DNA from: Eledone cirrhosa
Lineage: Eukaryota
Length of the DNA stretch: 64,000 bases
Direction of reading: 5' to 3'
Assembly: GCA_964016885.1 (NCBI GenBank)
Contig: OZ024743.1
Coordinates: 37,820,001 to 37,884,000, forward strand
Shown here: positions 39,101 to 54,998 of the stretch, one piece after another
Layout of the letters: each line of letters begins with the position of its first letter
Numbering within the stretch: position 1 is the stretch's first letter
Notes under the pieces: generated by a model
Told to the model about the DNA's origin: nothing
Seen by the model: the letters and a program-made list of their open reading frames with translations, nothing else
Database searches by the model: none
Program-made: the position numbers and the translations under genes

Positions 39101-39810
39101 GAAAACGACATCCACATAAACCAAAAAAGAGTTATTAGGATTCCTTGAAAGCCTCTCTGAAAGACGCTAACATCTCTGCTGATACATGGGAGAATATTGC
39201 TGCTGATCGTAATAAATGGAGAAAGACTGTATATGAGGGAAAAGTTGCCTTTGAGGCATCTCGAACCGCATACGAGAAAGTAAAGCGGGATGTGAGGAAG
39301 GGCATTGCTGTTGCACTTCCAGACGGCGAGGGTCCTCCTATGGTGCTGACATGCAGCGTATGTGCGAGACTCTGCCTAAGCAAAGCTGGACTCGAAAGTC
39401 ATCTTCGCAGTCATAAAGTAAGACCAGTGGTTGACTACCAGGCTGCTGTTGGAGATGCTACTCATCATGCTTGCCAAACATGTGGTACAGAATGTACATC
39501 ACCAGGAGGGCTCAAGCGACATGCAAAAGTACACGAATTCCAACCACAACCGACTATTCCCAGTGAATGTTTTGGTTGCCGACTCTGTGCAAGACATTTT
39601 AGATCATTGGCTGGGCTAAAAAGCCACATTCGATCGCAGCGCTGTTAGTTGCTATCGTGTGTGTGTGTGTGTAGATATGCTTATGTGTGTGCGTGTGTGT
39701 GTATATATATATGTATATGTATATTATTATTGTTGTTGTCGTTATTATTATTGTTGTTATGATTATTATTATTATTATTGTTATTAATGTATGTGTGTGT
39801 GTATATGAGT

Positions 39811-39848
<38 letters not shown>

Positions 39849-39890
39849 ATATATATATATATATATATATATTTTTTATTATTTTCTTTT

Positions 39891-39932
<42 letters not shown>

Positions 39933-39990
39933 TATTTATTTTCTTTCTCCTCGTGCAATGGCCATATTGATAACGAGGGGGCAGCCATCA
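36170..39990 (+). mobile_element. RTE (BovB-like) LINE: APE + RT + three C-terminal C2H2 zinc fingers; few stops; 3' UTR interrupted by compound microsatellite
   Basis: GCWNVRSL, IVALSETR, LGDFNARVG, TDHRL, NYRGISLL, FVDLTKAFD, KQGDIPAP, YADD, RLRWSGH. Fingers are CSVC..H..H, CQTC..H..H and CRLC..H..Q. Terminus GGCAGCCATCA-(TGTA)n at 39980-39990. Confidence 0.92.
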
Positions 39991-40398
39991 TGTATGTATG
40001 TATGCATGCATGTATGTATGTATGCATTTATGTATGTATGCCGGATCGTCGTATCCCTTGTACCAGGAGATCATCGTATTTATGTACGGGGAGTTATTCA
40101 AATACGATGGGCCACGGTATAAATCAAAACTCACTTATAAAGACTGAGGTAGACATAATATATCATGTTACTAGAGTCAACTCCCCTGGTAAAAATTAGT
40201 TCCCTCGATAAATCAAATTACCATACTTGTCAAACGCTGAATCTACTTCAAAAATGTGTTAAGTGTAAACATATATACGGAATGCTCAGTTACTCGGATG
40301 TTAATTTCAAAAGCAGACGGGTATCGTTGTTGAAACATCTGGAATACTACTTGTTGTCGGATACGATGGAAGTTCAATAAAAGCACACACACACACAG

Positions 40399-40465
<67 letters not shown>

Positions 40466-41899
40466 TGGACAATTTTGCTTAAAATATTGGTTTATTGGTG
40501 CATTAGCTGAAGTATTGTTTAATAATGTGTGCACAAGAGTTCTTGCATCAGAAGTCAATTCACAAGATTTATATCGGTCAGAACAGTTAACAGATGTGAA
40601 TTTAATATACACTTATGAACTGCTCACCAATGGAATATGATAGGGTGCAGTAAAATAAAATATTTGTTAATTATAATGTTCAGAAACAGAGATTCAGGGA
40701 GGGGTGTAATACGTCATTCCGGATTGCTATGCTCAGTTCAAGGATCTGAATAACACATAAGCATTCATTAATTCCAATAAGGGTCGATAACCTTGCCAAC
40801 CACTGCAAATTCATAGCCTCTTACCAAATATCGAGATACGCCGAATTACATATGAAGATATGTGAGACTTGATTACATACATGCATTTCCTAGCGGCATT
40901 AGTAGTGTAAATGAATTGAAATGGCTTTCAGCGACAGGTAGAAATAATGTATACATGAATATTTTAAATGCACTAATATCTACATATAGCGTATATTTGC
41001 ATTGTGTACGCAGAGTAAAATCAAAATTGAATAAATTTGAGGAATAGATTATTTGATGCTTTTAATGCATAATTCGGAAATGGAATTGAATAAAACTAGT
41101 TTAAAATTAATTTGAAATTCTAATCAGACGTTTTCTTTCGTTGACAAAGAAAATGTAAAATTAATATCCTCTTCAGCACTACACCGAAAAAAAAGAAGGC
41201 AACACCACTTAATCTAGTTCAATATTTTGTTTTTACATAACTCTTATATTTATATTGTACAAGGAGAAAAATAAACCAAAAAAAAGTCTATTAAATCCCT
41301 CGTTTTACAACCGTTTCACTGATCTTCAGAATACATCATGTGTTACAACAGAATATTATAACAACAAAAAATAAATTGAAATTATCAGAATTCAAGCAAC
41401 AATAAAAGCTATAATGCATTTTCAAGTTTTTCAAATTTGGTTTATTTATTTCCTATGAAAAATGTTGTTCTTGTGTTCTCACTACAAATCGTATAAAAGA
41501 ATCCATTAACCAATTCTTAACTGGAATGAAATTACTTTCTCTCTCTCTCTCTCCCTCTCTCTATCTCTCCCTCGGTTTATTTCTTATTCATATTTCCTCT
41601 CTTTTTTTTACTCCGGTTTCCTTATGTGCTGAAGCTAATGTGTTATGTAATGACTCAGTTTCCGTCTCACTCCCTTTTTAGTTGTTGCATATAACACTGA
41701 AATGACACGCTAGGATACTTCTGTTTTTACACACATAGTCTAAGAAGTGGGGATTGTACTTTTACTATACGTAATATATACATTCCTATAATTGATATGA
41801 AGTATTGTGAGATGTGTAGTAATTGATTGATAAGATTTTCAGAAAGATGGTATAATGCGTCAGAATTATATAAAGGGCAAAGTATGATGAATAAAACAA

Positions 41900-42300
41900 A
41901 ACAAAGTAATGTTTTTCACCAAGAATAGGACCCTCTTTCCAAGTCGGTCAGGCTTGCTTGTTATCCCCTACATGGAGCAGTTGGGACGAACGGGTACGTG
42001 GGTGATACCCTGATTCTCACATAATCGCCAAGGAATCAACCAAAATTGACAACGTATTGAGCACCCATATACCACTGGATTCATCTCTCTATTCGGCTTT
42101 ATACTAAGAATATCAGTGAAGAGATCCATAATGAAAATTTACGGAAAAGATGCATGCAGAGGCATTTTTGTACACCACGATTCTGCCCTTCCCATCAGAG
42201 CCAAAATGGCATATACAGGGCATGGCTTAAAACAGACAGCGTGGTCAAGAAAGGTTGGACACCTATCAGTACATTTCACAGTTAGACTGTTGTTAAAATG
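41900..42300 (+). pseudogene. Possible highly degraded Tc1/mariner transposase fragment
   Basis: IFVHHDSALP.RAK..AWLK resembles FQQDNAPxHxAxxxxxWL, and an upstream ACLLS...G block resembles WGCFSxxG. Confidence 0.35.
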
Positions 42301-42889
42301 CAGAAACTGCTAGAAAATCTTGTCCCACACCAGTAGCAGCAGTAGTAGCAACGACAATCATAACAATGATATAGCATCATCATAGAAATATGGTTAAGAT
42401 CGATGTTCACGGAAACCACTAAAGGCCAAATATCAAGCAAAACGGATTTGCTCACATTTCTATTATCTGTGTTTCTCTGACAATTGTATTATTTTATATG
42501 CACTGAGGCCTTTTGCAAATGTGTTCTCCCGGATAATCTAAATCAATCGAAAATAGGTTTTGAATGAAATAATGTTCTTGTACAAAAGAAATATTTTGCA
42601 CTTAGAAGACACAACTTCAACTTCTTGGAGACTTGTGGGTCATTCTTTAGGTAAATATAGCTGAATAGTTAATAAAAAGTTAACCTCACAATCACTAGAT
42701 CTCTGGTTTGATCACACTGTGTGATATGTTGGAGAACATTTTTTACCTAGACTGGAACTGACCCAAACCTGTGCCTAGGGTGTGAAATTAGGTAAGCAAA
42801 ATTGGCCTCAGATGGATTGGATATGTTATTCAAATATGTAGTCTTGTTACATATTGTGTCGGATTGATTCGCCTCCAGAATTATGTTAA

Positions 42890-43015
42890 TAATTGTTTCT
42901 ACTTCTGGCACAAGGACAGCAATTATCACAGTGCATTACTGGTACTTTATGTTATCGACCCCGTAAGGATGAAAGGCAAAGTTAACCTCGATGGGATTTG
43001 AACTCAGATCATGGG
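42890..43015 (-). mobile_element. tRNA-derived SINE, partial
   Basis: B-box, core and tail match the family. Confidence 0.75.
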
Positions 43016-43205
43016 ATACGTAAACACTTACACTTTCCTTCATGAGTTTGTTGTTCACATCACAATTGATTAAAAAAACTCATCGTCGAAACCGACGGTG
43101 AATCCATCATTCGGCAAGTACAGCAATAGGATAATTACGCAAGTAATAGCAAAATATAAGGCATTTTAATCCGCAGAGCGTTTAGAATATCCCAATAATT
43201 ACACA

Positions 43206-43288
43206 TTATTTCACGAGTTGGACCAGTAATGCACTGGGTAATTGCTGGCCTTGTGCCTAAAGTAGAAACAATTATTTCACGAGTTGGA
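43206..43288 (+). mobile_element. Severely 5'-truncated SINE tail with ~19-bp target-site duplication
   Basis: ATTATTTCACGAGTTGGAC flanks both sides of CAGTAATGCACTGGG...AGAAACA. Confidence 0.85.
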
Positions 43289-44725
43289 CGTTCAGGTGAG
43301 CGAACCTCAGAATGCTCTTCATCGAAAGCGACGGAGAATCATCCATCGTCAAACTCCTGCAACCCTAGGATAAATACGCAAATAATGGAAACAAGCATGG
43401 CAATTTAATCCATCTAACGGTTGTTGAAGAAGACTTAATCTTTGCTAAATATTCCGTAAAACACTTTTCATGAAGGAAAACAGCTTACAGCTGTAGAAAC
43501 AACGCTTCTTAGATTATATATTAGTAGAAAGAGATTTATAAATTGAAAGACTTTATCACAGAAATGGTATGTTCGATGTTAATTCTGTAAGGTGGAATAT
43601 AACTTGATTTTATTCTTACAAATCCTTAATAGAATTGTAAAGGAGCTAGCGAGAGATTATATTTGTGTGTATCAGAATAGATATTATTTCTTTATTCCAC
43701 TTGCTAAATTATCACAAAAACAAAATATCATTGACTCTTACATGAAGTCTACGTAGAACAGAGAGTAAGAGGAAAGGATATGGTACATAGCTTATTATTC
43801 ACTACATTCTTCAAGTAAGAGTATTTGCGAAAAGTATATTTGACGATAACATATAAACGTCTGTGTATAAGTGTTTCATTTTGTAAACACGTGGTTCCAG
43901 GTTCGATGCTGCTACTTAGGTAAGCACTATCAATACATAACTGTGCGGAAACTGTAATATATAACCTGAGCTGCGGAAGCCTGTAAATATACACACTGAC
44001 ACATGTAAACATAGATTTAAACAATAATAATTTCAAGATACAAGTGTCTGTGTCATAGCCATTGACATATATCTGAAATATAAAAAGAATATGAAATAAA
44101 ATAGCCATGTCTTTGATTATAGATCTAAACAAGACGAATATTGAAATTAGTAGAAACCATCATAAATAGTTGCATAGTTATATTGCTGTTGTTTAGCCCT
44201 TGCTCAACATTGATCGAGGTGATTTCTATACACAAGTGTTCCAGCCATTGAGATATTTTCATATTGTATAGCTAGAACTAACGTTTACTAGGTGTCCTGG
44301 CTTTGGTAAGGTGATATGATTAGAACTTTGAGAGATTCCATTCCTATTTCTAGCATGCTGCTAGAATGCGTGAAATTGAACAGCTTCATTTCACAACGAT
44401 TTGTTTGAGGCAATCACAAAGTACTCGAAAGGTATAATCATTAGGTCCAGAGTAAACCCAACAGTTGTAAAGTGTGACTCCAAGAAAACCGACCGAAGGG
44501 GCAGCAGCCATATATATAACACAACGACCATAGATACAGAAAGGTTTAAACTAACCTGGCCTATCTCTGATTGATTAAAATCGATGTAATTCATAAAATT
44601 AAGGGTATATATATGCCCAATTTGTTCGACAATCTTTCATAGTCAAAATACCTGCATTGAAGCAGTTAAAATTAAGCTAAATACTTTCAAATTCATTCGT
44701 TCTACGATTCGTTACTACAATCGTT

Positions 44726-44765
<40 letters not shown>

Positions 44766-46600
44766 TATATCGAATGTGTATTCACTTTGATATTTCCTGT
44801 ATTTATATAACGTTGTTTATGTTGAGGAATTACAAGTTGACTTTCTTATATATTTATGAAGGTGTCGTTAAAGTTATTGCCTGAGCATATTCCTAACTCC
44901 ATATGTATTAAACGTAGTGTAATAATCAAAGTTTCGCGGAGACGGAGATTAAATTTCAACTCAATAATTTGACGCTATACTTGAAATTATATAACAATAA
45001 GTGGTATGCAAATCTTTGGTAACAATTCAATACATTCTAAGTATTCATCTAACATATGTAATTCGTTTATTGGCCCTCACGAGAATCTTAACTTCATGTA
45101 AATACTTGTCTGCATTGAAGTTGTCACATATAGAATTAAATGTCTTATTAAATATCAAGGGGAGAATTGAATTCAATTCAAAGCAGTATTAACTCATTTA
45201 AGTTAGATCGATTCAAAAACATAAACAAGAGACACTTTTCCACTTGAGAGTATTAACACTTGAAGTTGAGTTTATTGTTAAAGCAGAGCAATAATTAAAA
45301 TATAATCTATAATATATTTCTAAATGTTTGTCTGTGCGTGTATAACTCACCTTCTCCTCCTTTATTGCTTTGAACATCTCTTCCTGCCCCTCATCACAAT
45401 GCCTCTCATGCCCTTTTTTATTTTTACGTTCCTATTACCAACTTTAAAATTACTCTCTTTCATTCTTCATATTTCCTTACCTTTTATGTATCTTACTGAA
45501 GAATTTCATATTTATTGTATCTTACTGAAGAATTTCATCTCTCTGTATCATGATTTCAAATCGGGTTATGATCTACTTGGGTGAGGCTATCGCTTTTCCG
45601 ACATCTCGCGAACATATCATTTTATTGTAAGGTTACTCGGAGAAATTAACTTAAGAACAGGTTTAGAGACCTCCATAATGACAGCTTCTATTACTTCCTT
45701 TGAGAATGCTATATTAGTATCTTCTCTAATTGTACATGGCATTGATTTGTTAGGGATCTTATTAGATATATCCGAAGAGGCCTTTGGTTCAGCTTAAAAT
45801 GTGAGATTATGACATAAAAGGTACCTTAAGGTTAAACATTGATCAAACACTTCAGTCAAATGAAGATATTTATTTTAATATCCTAGCGGCATCATCCTCA
45901 GAATATCGCTTTAATTTACGAAGGCTTCATCGTATTATTTCTAAATGTCTTTTCAAATAGAGATATTGTCTCGTTAGTGATCGAATGAATAAAATCAAAT
46001 TTCAAAACTTCCTGTGAATATTACTGACAATCTTTCAATACTTGCACGTATGGTTTTTCTCCGGAATAAGAATTTGCTTTCATGGGTTGTTTACCTCAAA
46101 CTTATAATCATTTTCAAATTATTTAATCACTTTTAAATGTGAGTGGTAGATGGTGAAGTGTCAATCATGATAGTGTAACATATAAGCCTCACATTTGCAG
46201 AGTCGTTAGAACCTCGGATGGAAAGGTTTACGGTGTTCGTTACAGCCCTGCTCCCCGAGTTCAAATCCCTCCGGAGTCAGCTTTGCCTTTCATCCGTTAG
46301 AAGTCAATATGAAAATACCAGTGAAATACCAGTGAAATACTGGGGTCGTTACTTCGTATATATTTGCGAACGTTTCGTGAAAGTTATTGCTTTTCTCACT
46401 TCCATTCTCTCACTGTCTATCTTTCTCTGAAAGAATTCTGCTGTATTCAGACCTGGCGAGGAGGTCGGCTCAACCAGGTTTAATGAAAAACGCCCCCAAA
46501 ACGCCGAATATCAACACAACCCTTCTATGACTCCCCTGCTAGTTACTGGACCATCCATCGAAAATGTACGATAAATCACCTGGCATTATTTATTCTGTAG

Positions 46601-46789
46601 GGTGGTGGATTGGCAGTATCGGTAGAGGGTCTGACGCCATGCTTTAACGCAAAGAGGAGTTACGGCCCATTAAGGTTTGAGTTGAAATCCCACCGAGGTT
46701 AACTTTGTCTTTCATCCTTACGAGGTAGATTAAATAAAGTAGCAGTAATACACTGGAAAATTGCTGGCCTTGTGCCAAAATTAGAAACA
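46601..46789 (+). mobile_element. Full-length tRNA-derived SINE with 16-bp TSD
   Basis: A-box TGGCAGTATCGG, B-box GAGTTGAAATCCC, TSD ATTATTTATTCTGTAG at 46585-46600 and 46790-46805. Confidence 0.9.
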
Positions 46790-47199
46790 ATTATTTATTC
46801 TGTAGAGCTCACCTTTCGAGGTCGATAATGCTTAGTTCATAACTGTTGATTGGTGAAATTGTTAAAACATCAGAATAAATATACCTTGTGATACTTCATC
46901 TGGATCTTCAGGTTGTGAATTCACATCACTCTATGGATTATCTCTGTGGGTGGTGACTATGTTGACTGTGAAAAGGAGCATTCAGTCCCTAACTAAATTC
47001 TCACACGGGATTGAAAGCAGTTTGAGTGGTACTTCATTTCAGAAGAGAATGGTATTTGACAGCTGACTATTACATACAATTTTCGGTATATTTTTAGATA
47101 TAATTTGTAGTACATATTTTCATTGAAAAACAAAACTGTTAACACAACAGTACTATCTATCTGTCTATCTATCTATATTTAAGTACATTTAAGTACATA

Positions 47200-50356
<3,157 letters not shown>

Positions 50357-50954
50357 TCGTAGGTGAACTATATATAGAGAGACATTTAAAGAGAATGAGA
50401 GCATCAGAATATTGTTTTTACGTTTTCCTATGAAATCCCATATATCAACTGACAAGTGAATAGATTTGTATTCAGGTATCTTTTAATCAGACAGTTCTAG
50501 ATTTAAGTTTTATTTTTCTTTACAACCGGTTGACATCTGCTTTACAAAAGTGTTACATTCGTTCTTTTTAGTTGACGTTACAGAATCTTCAATGGGAGAT
50601 TGTGAACTCTGTCGATAGTCTCTTTCATTCTTTTCTGATATACTTGGTTAGCGTCGGTTTGGTTTAAGCGCTTTGATTGTTAGTTTCATTCAATTTATTC
50701 TTTGTTCATTTGTCTTTGTCCCTGTCATTTATCAAGTTAGCTTTTTGATGTAGAACGCTTTTATATAAATTGATCATAAAATATACTTGGATGTGTATAC
50801 TGAATCTTTGTTTCAACGACGTGTCTCAGTGTGTAATTATGCCTCGTATTTATCCTCATATCATTCAGATCCTTCATTTAAATCTTATAGGCTTTTCAAC
50901 ATCGACATACAATTGGCTTAATTTACTTACACATTGTGGATATAATAGCATAAC

Positions 50955-51116
50955 AATGGTTTCTACTTTTAGCACAATGCCAGCAATTATTCCAGTGCAT
51001 TACTGGTACTTTATTTCATCGAACCCATAAGGATAAAAGGCAAAGCTAACCTCGGGGGGATTTGAACTCAAAACATAAACGGCCATAATTCTATGCTGCA
51101 AAGCACGGTGTCTGAT
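50955..51116 (-). mobile_element. tRNA-derived SINE lacking the A-box end
   Basis: Tail, core and B-box match the family. Confidence 0.8.
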
Positions 51117-51699
51117 GCTAATAAAAAGTAAACAAAGAAAGGGAAAGAAAATGGAAAATTGGGACATCATGTAACACATCAGCGCTGTGCAGATATGATG
51201 GATAACAGCTAACAATACATGCTCCACCAGCCATTCCATCTCGCGGTGCTTTTTCCTTAGATGTGATGACTTCGTTGTTTATTTTTTGTGAAATTCGGTT
51301 TAACAACTGTTATCTCCGAAACAACGAAACTATCCATAGTGCAGCAACAGAGTCGAATTCGCGGAAACTAGTGAAACCACGATGATACAAACCACTGCTT
51401 ATATCTGATGCCGATCCAAGAAGCAGATAGTAATATAGATTGTTGTGTATCTATTTAATCTATTTAGCAAACAATGAATTAACCGCTTCTGGAAGCTACG
51501 AAAGGTGAAAATCATACGTCAGAGAACACTTATATGAAGTGTGCTTTAACACAGGAAAACATGAGTTATTATTCTACAAACAGCTATAATCACAAGAATC
51601 TGAGTAGCAGCTGCATGTCATTTCAGAATGTAATAAATATTGTACGATATAATAGTCATTACTTTTCTCTTCAAGTTTGTAAATCAAAACCTACTATTA

Positions 51700-51768
<69 letters not shown>

Positions 51769-52502
51769 GGGTTCTATAGGACTAGAACTGTTTCATTCGG
51801 GAGAAATCATCAGGACGCCCAGGGATTCCTGATAATTTCTCCTGTAGAAGCCATACACACATATATATATATATATGTATAAAAGTTTATCCTGGGTCAA
51901 TCGGGGGTAACCACAGTAGGTAAGGTACATGGCAGAGTATACATATTTAATATAGAAATGGCTTCTACATCTACACATTCAATATCTACTGTGATTATCG
52001 CATATAATACAGTTTCGGGTGTGTACCTGATCGCCGTGGATGTATAATTCCCCGTATGTATCATGCCTGCGCGAAAACATGGACATGGGTGAGGGCGACT
52101 ACAGGTTTGACAGGGTGGTGACAGGGCGCGAGCAGTTCAATCATACAACCCCTTACCTCCTACAGTAGTAATTCCGATTTAAGAAACAACTTTGATTGAC
52201 AGGCAGCGAATGAAAGGAACCAAATATAGGACAGCCATGAGTGGCCGAAAATACCGATGACGTGTACAATTCTTGACCACTCATAGAATGACAACAACAC
52301 CATCTAAGCTGCCGAGTGAGGGCCTCGGGTGTAACTGGACATTTGGAAACTCTGCTTCTAAGAATCGAGACGTATTTGAGGATCTTGCGATTTCAGAGTC
52401 CGGTTCGATCATTACATCGATCGAACCTCGACTGGTCGCCAGTGAAACAATTGTAATATGTCTAATAAATTTGATTGATCCAACACTGATTCTCCGTTTC
52501 TT

Positions 52503-52631
<129 letters not shown>

Positions 52632-52916
52632 TTGTATGTATGTATATATGTTTGTGTGTATCGCTTTCATTTTAGACGGGATATGATGGGTCTGTGGTGT
52701 GTCTCGATCGAATGTATCCTACTTGACTGGTATTGTACATGGAAAGGAAAGTAGCCTGTTAATTCAAAAGCGGATAGGAGGTGGGAGGAACTTCATTGTA
52801 TTTATAAAACAACCATATGATTCTGATGATAACAGCATGGATAACGATGGAAATCAAGGGCCATGAAACCCCGACATCCCTGATAGAATCAATTATACTT
52901 GGTACCATTGGAAATA

Positions 52917-53109
52917 ACAATACTTGTTTCTACTTTTGGCACAAAGCTAGCAATTATCACAGTGCATTACTGGTACTTTTTTTTATCGACCCCGTAAAGA
53001 TGAAAGGCAAAGTTAATCTCGGCGGGATTTGAATTCAGATCATAAAGGGCTGTAACTCTATGCTGCAAAGCATGGCGTCAGACCCTCTAGCGATACTGCC
53101 AATCCACCA
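52917..53109 (-). mobile_element. Full-length tRNA-derived SINE
   Basis: Minus strand starts GGTGGATTGGCAGTATCG; B-box GAATTCAAATCCC; family tail. Confidence 0.88.
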
Positions 53110-53399
53110 GTCGTGAGGTATGGAATTGGTTGAGATCTGAAGTTGACAGAAGATGAAGGAAATTTGCCGCAGTTGAAGCTGTATGTAGAACAACCTCTCT
53201 GCCATACTCCCTCTCATTCTCTCCTCTCATTCTGTTTTTCCCTCCATATATATATATATATAATGAAAAGGGAGAGGTGGGAAGAAAAAGCAGACAGAAC
53301 AATATGTCAGTTCTGCGTATTTGACTACGACTTTGTCCACATTTTATTTAATCCGCCCAACGTCATCGGTTATTTGGCGAATTCCTTCTGTTTTCTATC

Positions 53400-54240
53400 T
53401 TAGCTTTATATTCTAGTTCACATTCTTTATGTTTGGATACACTTTCGATTACTTTTAGATATATATTGGCGTGTGTTGCTTTTGATACATCGATTAATCA
53501 AGAAACACTACTTTCCTTCATAGGAGTCCTTGACAAAAATGTTCGGTCGATTAACCTTAATCTCCCTCACTCTGTGAATTGACATGTTCTAGTGTATGGT
53601 CACTTTATCATTATCTTAAAAAGTTTCTCGTGTCTGTTTGTACCATCGTCTATTTTTCTTCTTATATCGGTATTTCGCAACACTGGCATAATTCCCGATG
53701 CTTGGAAATCCCAATTCTGTCACGCCTGTATTGTATTCTATCTTGTCTAAGACTGGGCAGACAAAAACAACGTTGTGATTGATTGTTTCTTCACAACTTC
53801 CATATATTCTGCCGTTAGTTTCTTTATTCTGTTATTTTAATATACTTTTAGAAGATTCTGGTCGGAAAGATTTGTACTGGAGGCACTGTAGAACATAAGA
53901 TATATTCAGTCTTAGTTTTGAGACTTCCGCGTCGCAGCAAAGGCTGTGATGTCATTTTTCATTGTTTTTGCTTGTTTTATTTGCTCAGTATTGTAAGACA
54001 TTTTTCCTGCAGAATATGAAGCTGAGGTCGTCTTAATGTAGTAGTCTGCTTTCAGCTTTCAGCTTAAAGTTTAGTTTTTGTTCTTATTAATTTCTGTTAT
54101 TATTCCACCATTTTCATCACAGCTGTCAGCCTATTCTCTTTGTATTTGATTTGATTTGAAGCTATTGGTATTAGATTATTTCTTTTTCTTTTATAAACTA
54201 CGTTTTAGGTCCTTCAGTACACATTGTATAATGACTTTCT
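53400..54240 (-). pseudogene. Highly degraded 3' fragment of an R4/Dong-type LINE (RLE domain)
   Basis: Minus-strand remnants resembling RHD.I...HWELC, WYK, NDKVTI.WNMSIH..REIK.NRP.I.VKD, CFLI. Confidence 0.6.
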
Positions 54241-54636
54241 AGCTGTAGGATGAGGCGGCGAAAGATGTAAACATCCGTAGAACAAAATCCCTAAAATAGA
54301 TTTTTTCTAAAAAGAATCTGTGTTGCAAATATTATTTTCTTTTTGCCCGAGTTGCAGAAACGCTCTATTGTCACTCGTCGGTAGAAATTCCATGAAGACA
54401 GAGAGAATTTGTTAACAAAAGAAATTGTTTTTGAGCAAATATTTTCTGGAATGTCTTATAAATTATAAATAAACCTAAACTCCGCATTGAATATAGTATC
54501 TCTACTATGATAAATCTGTAAGCAATGTAGATTTCAATAAGAATTCTTTCAGAAATATTCTTGTCAATATCCTGAAGCAAATTGAACTCAAGCAAAGTAA
54601 TTAAATCACCTTAAAAATTCACGACAATATGGTAAT

Positions 54637-54818
54637 AATTGTTTCTACTTTTGGCACAAGGCCAGCAATTACCCAGTAATTGGTACTTTATTTTATCGAC
54701 CCTGTAAGGATGAAAGGCAAAGTTGACTTAAGCGGGATTTGAACTCAGAATGGAAAGGACCGTAATTCTATGCGTCAAAGCATGACGTCCGACCCTCTAC
54801 CGATACTGCCAATCCACC
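54637..54818 (-). mobile_element. Full-length tRNA-derived SINE with ~12-bp TSD
   Basis: A and B boxes intact; TATGGTAATAAT on both flanks. Confidence 0.9.
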
Positions 54819-54875
54819 GCTCTTTATGGTAATAATACTTTAAAATTAGATTTGCATAGTTTAATTTCATATATG

Positions 54876-54998
<123 letters not shown>

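Noticed and set aside
46601-46700. tRNA gene
   Set aside because: A and B boxes are present, but there is no cloverleaf. It continues into a SINE body with TSD and has many dispersed copies.
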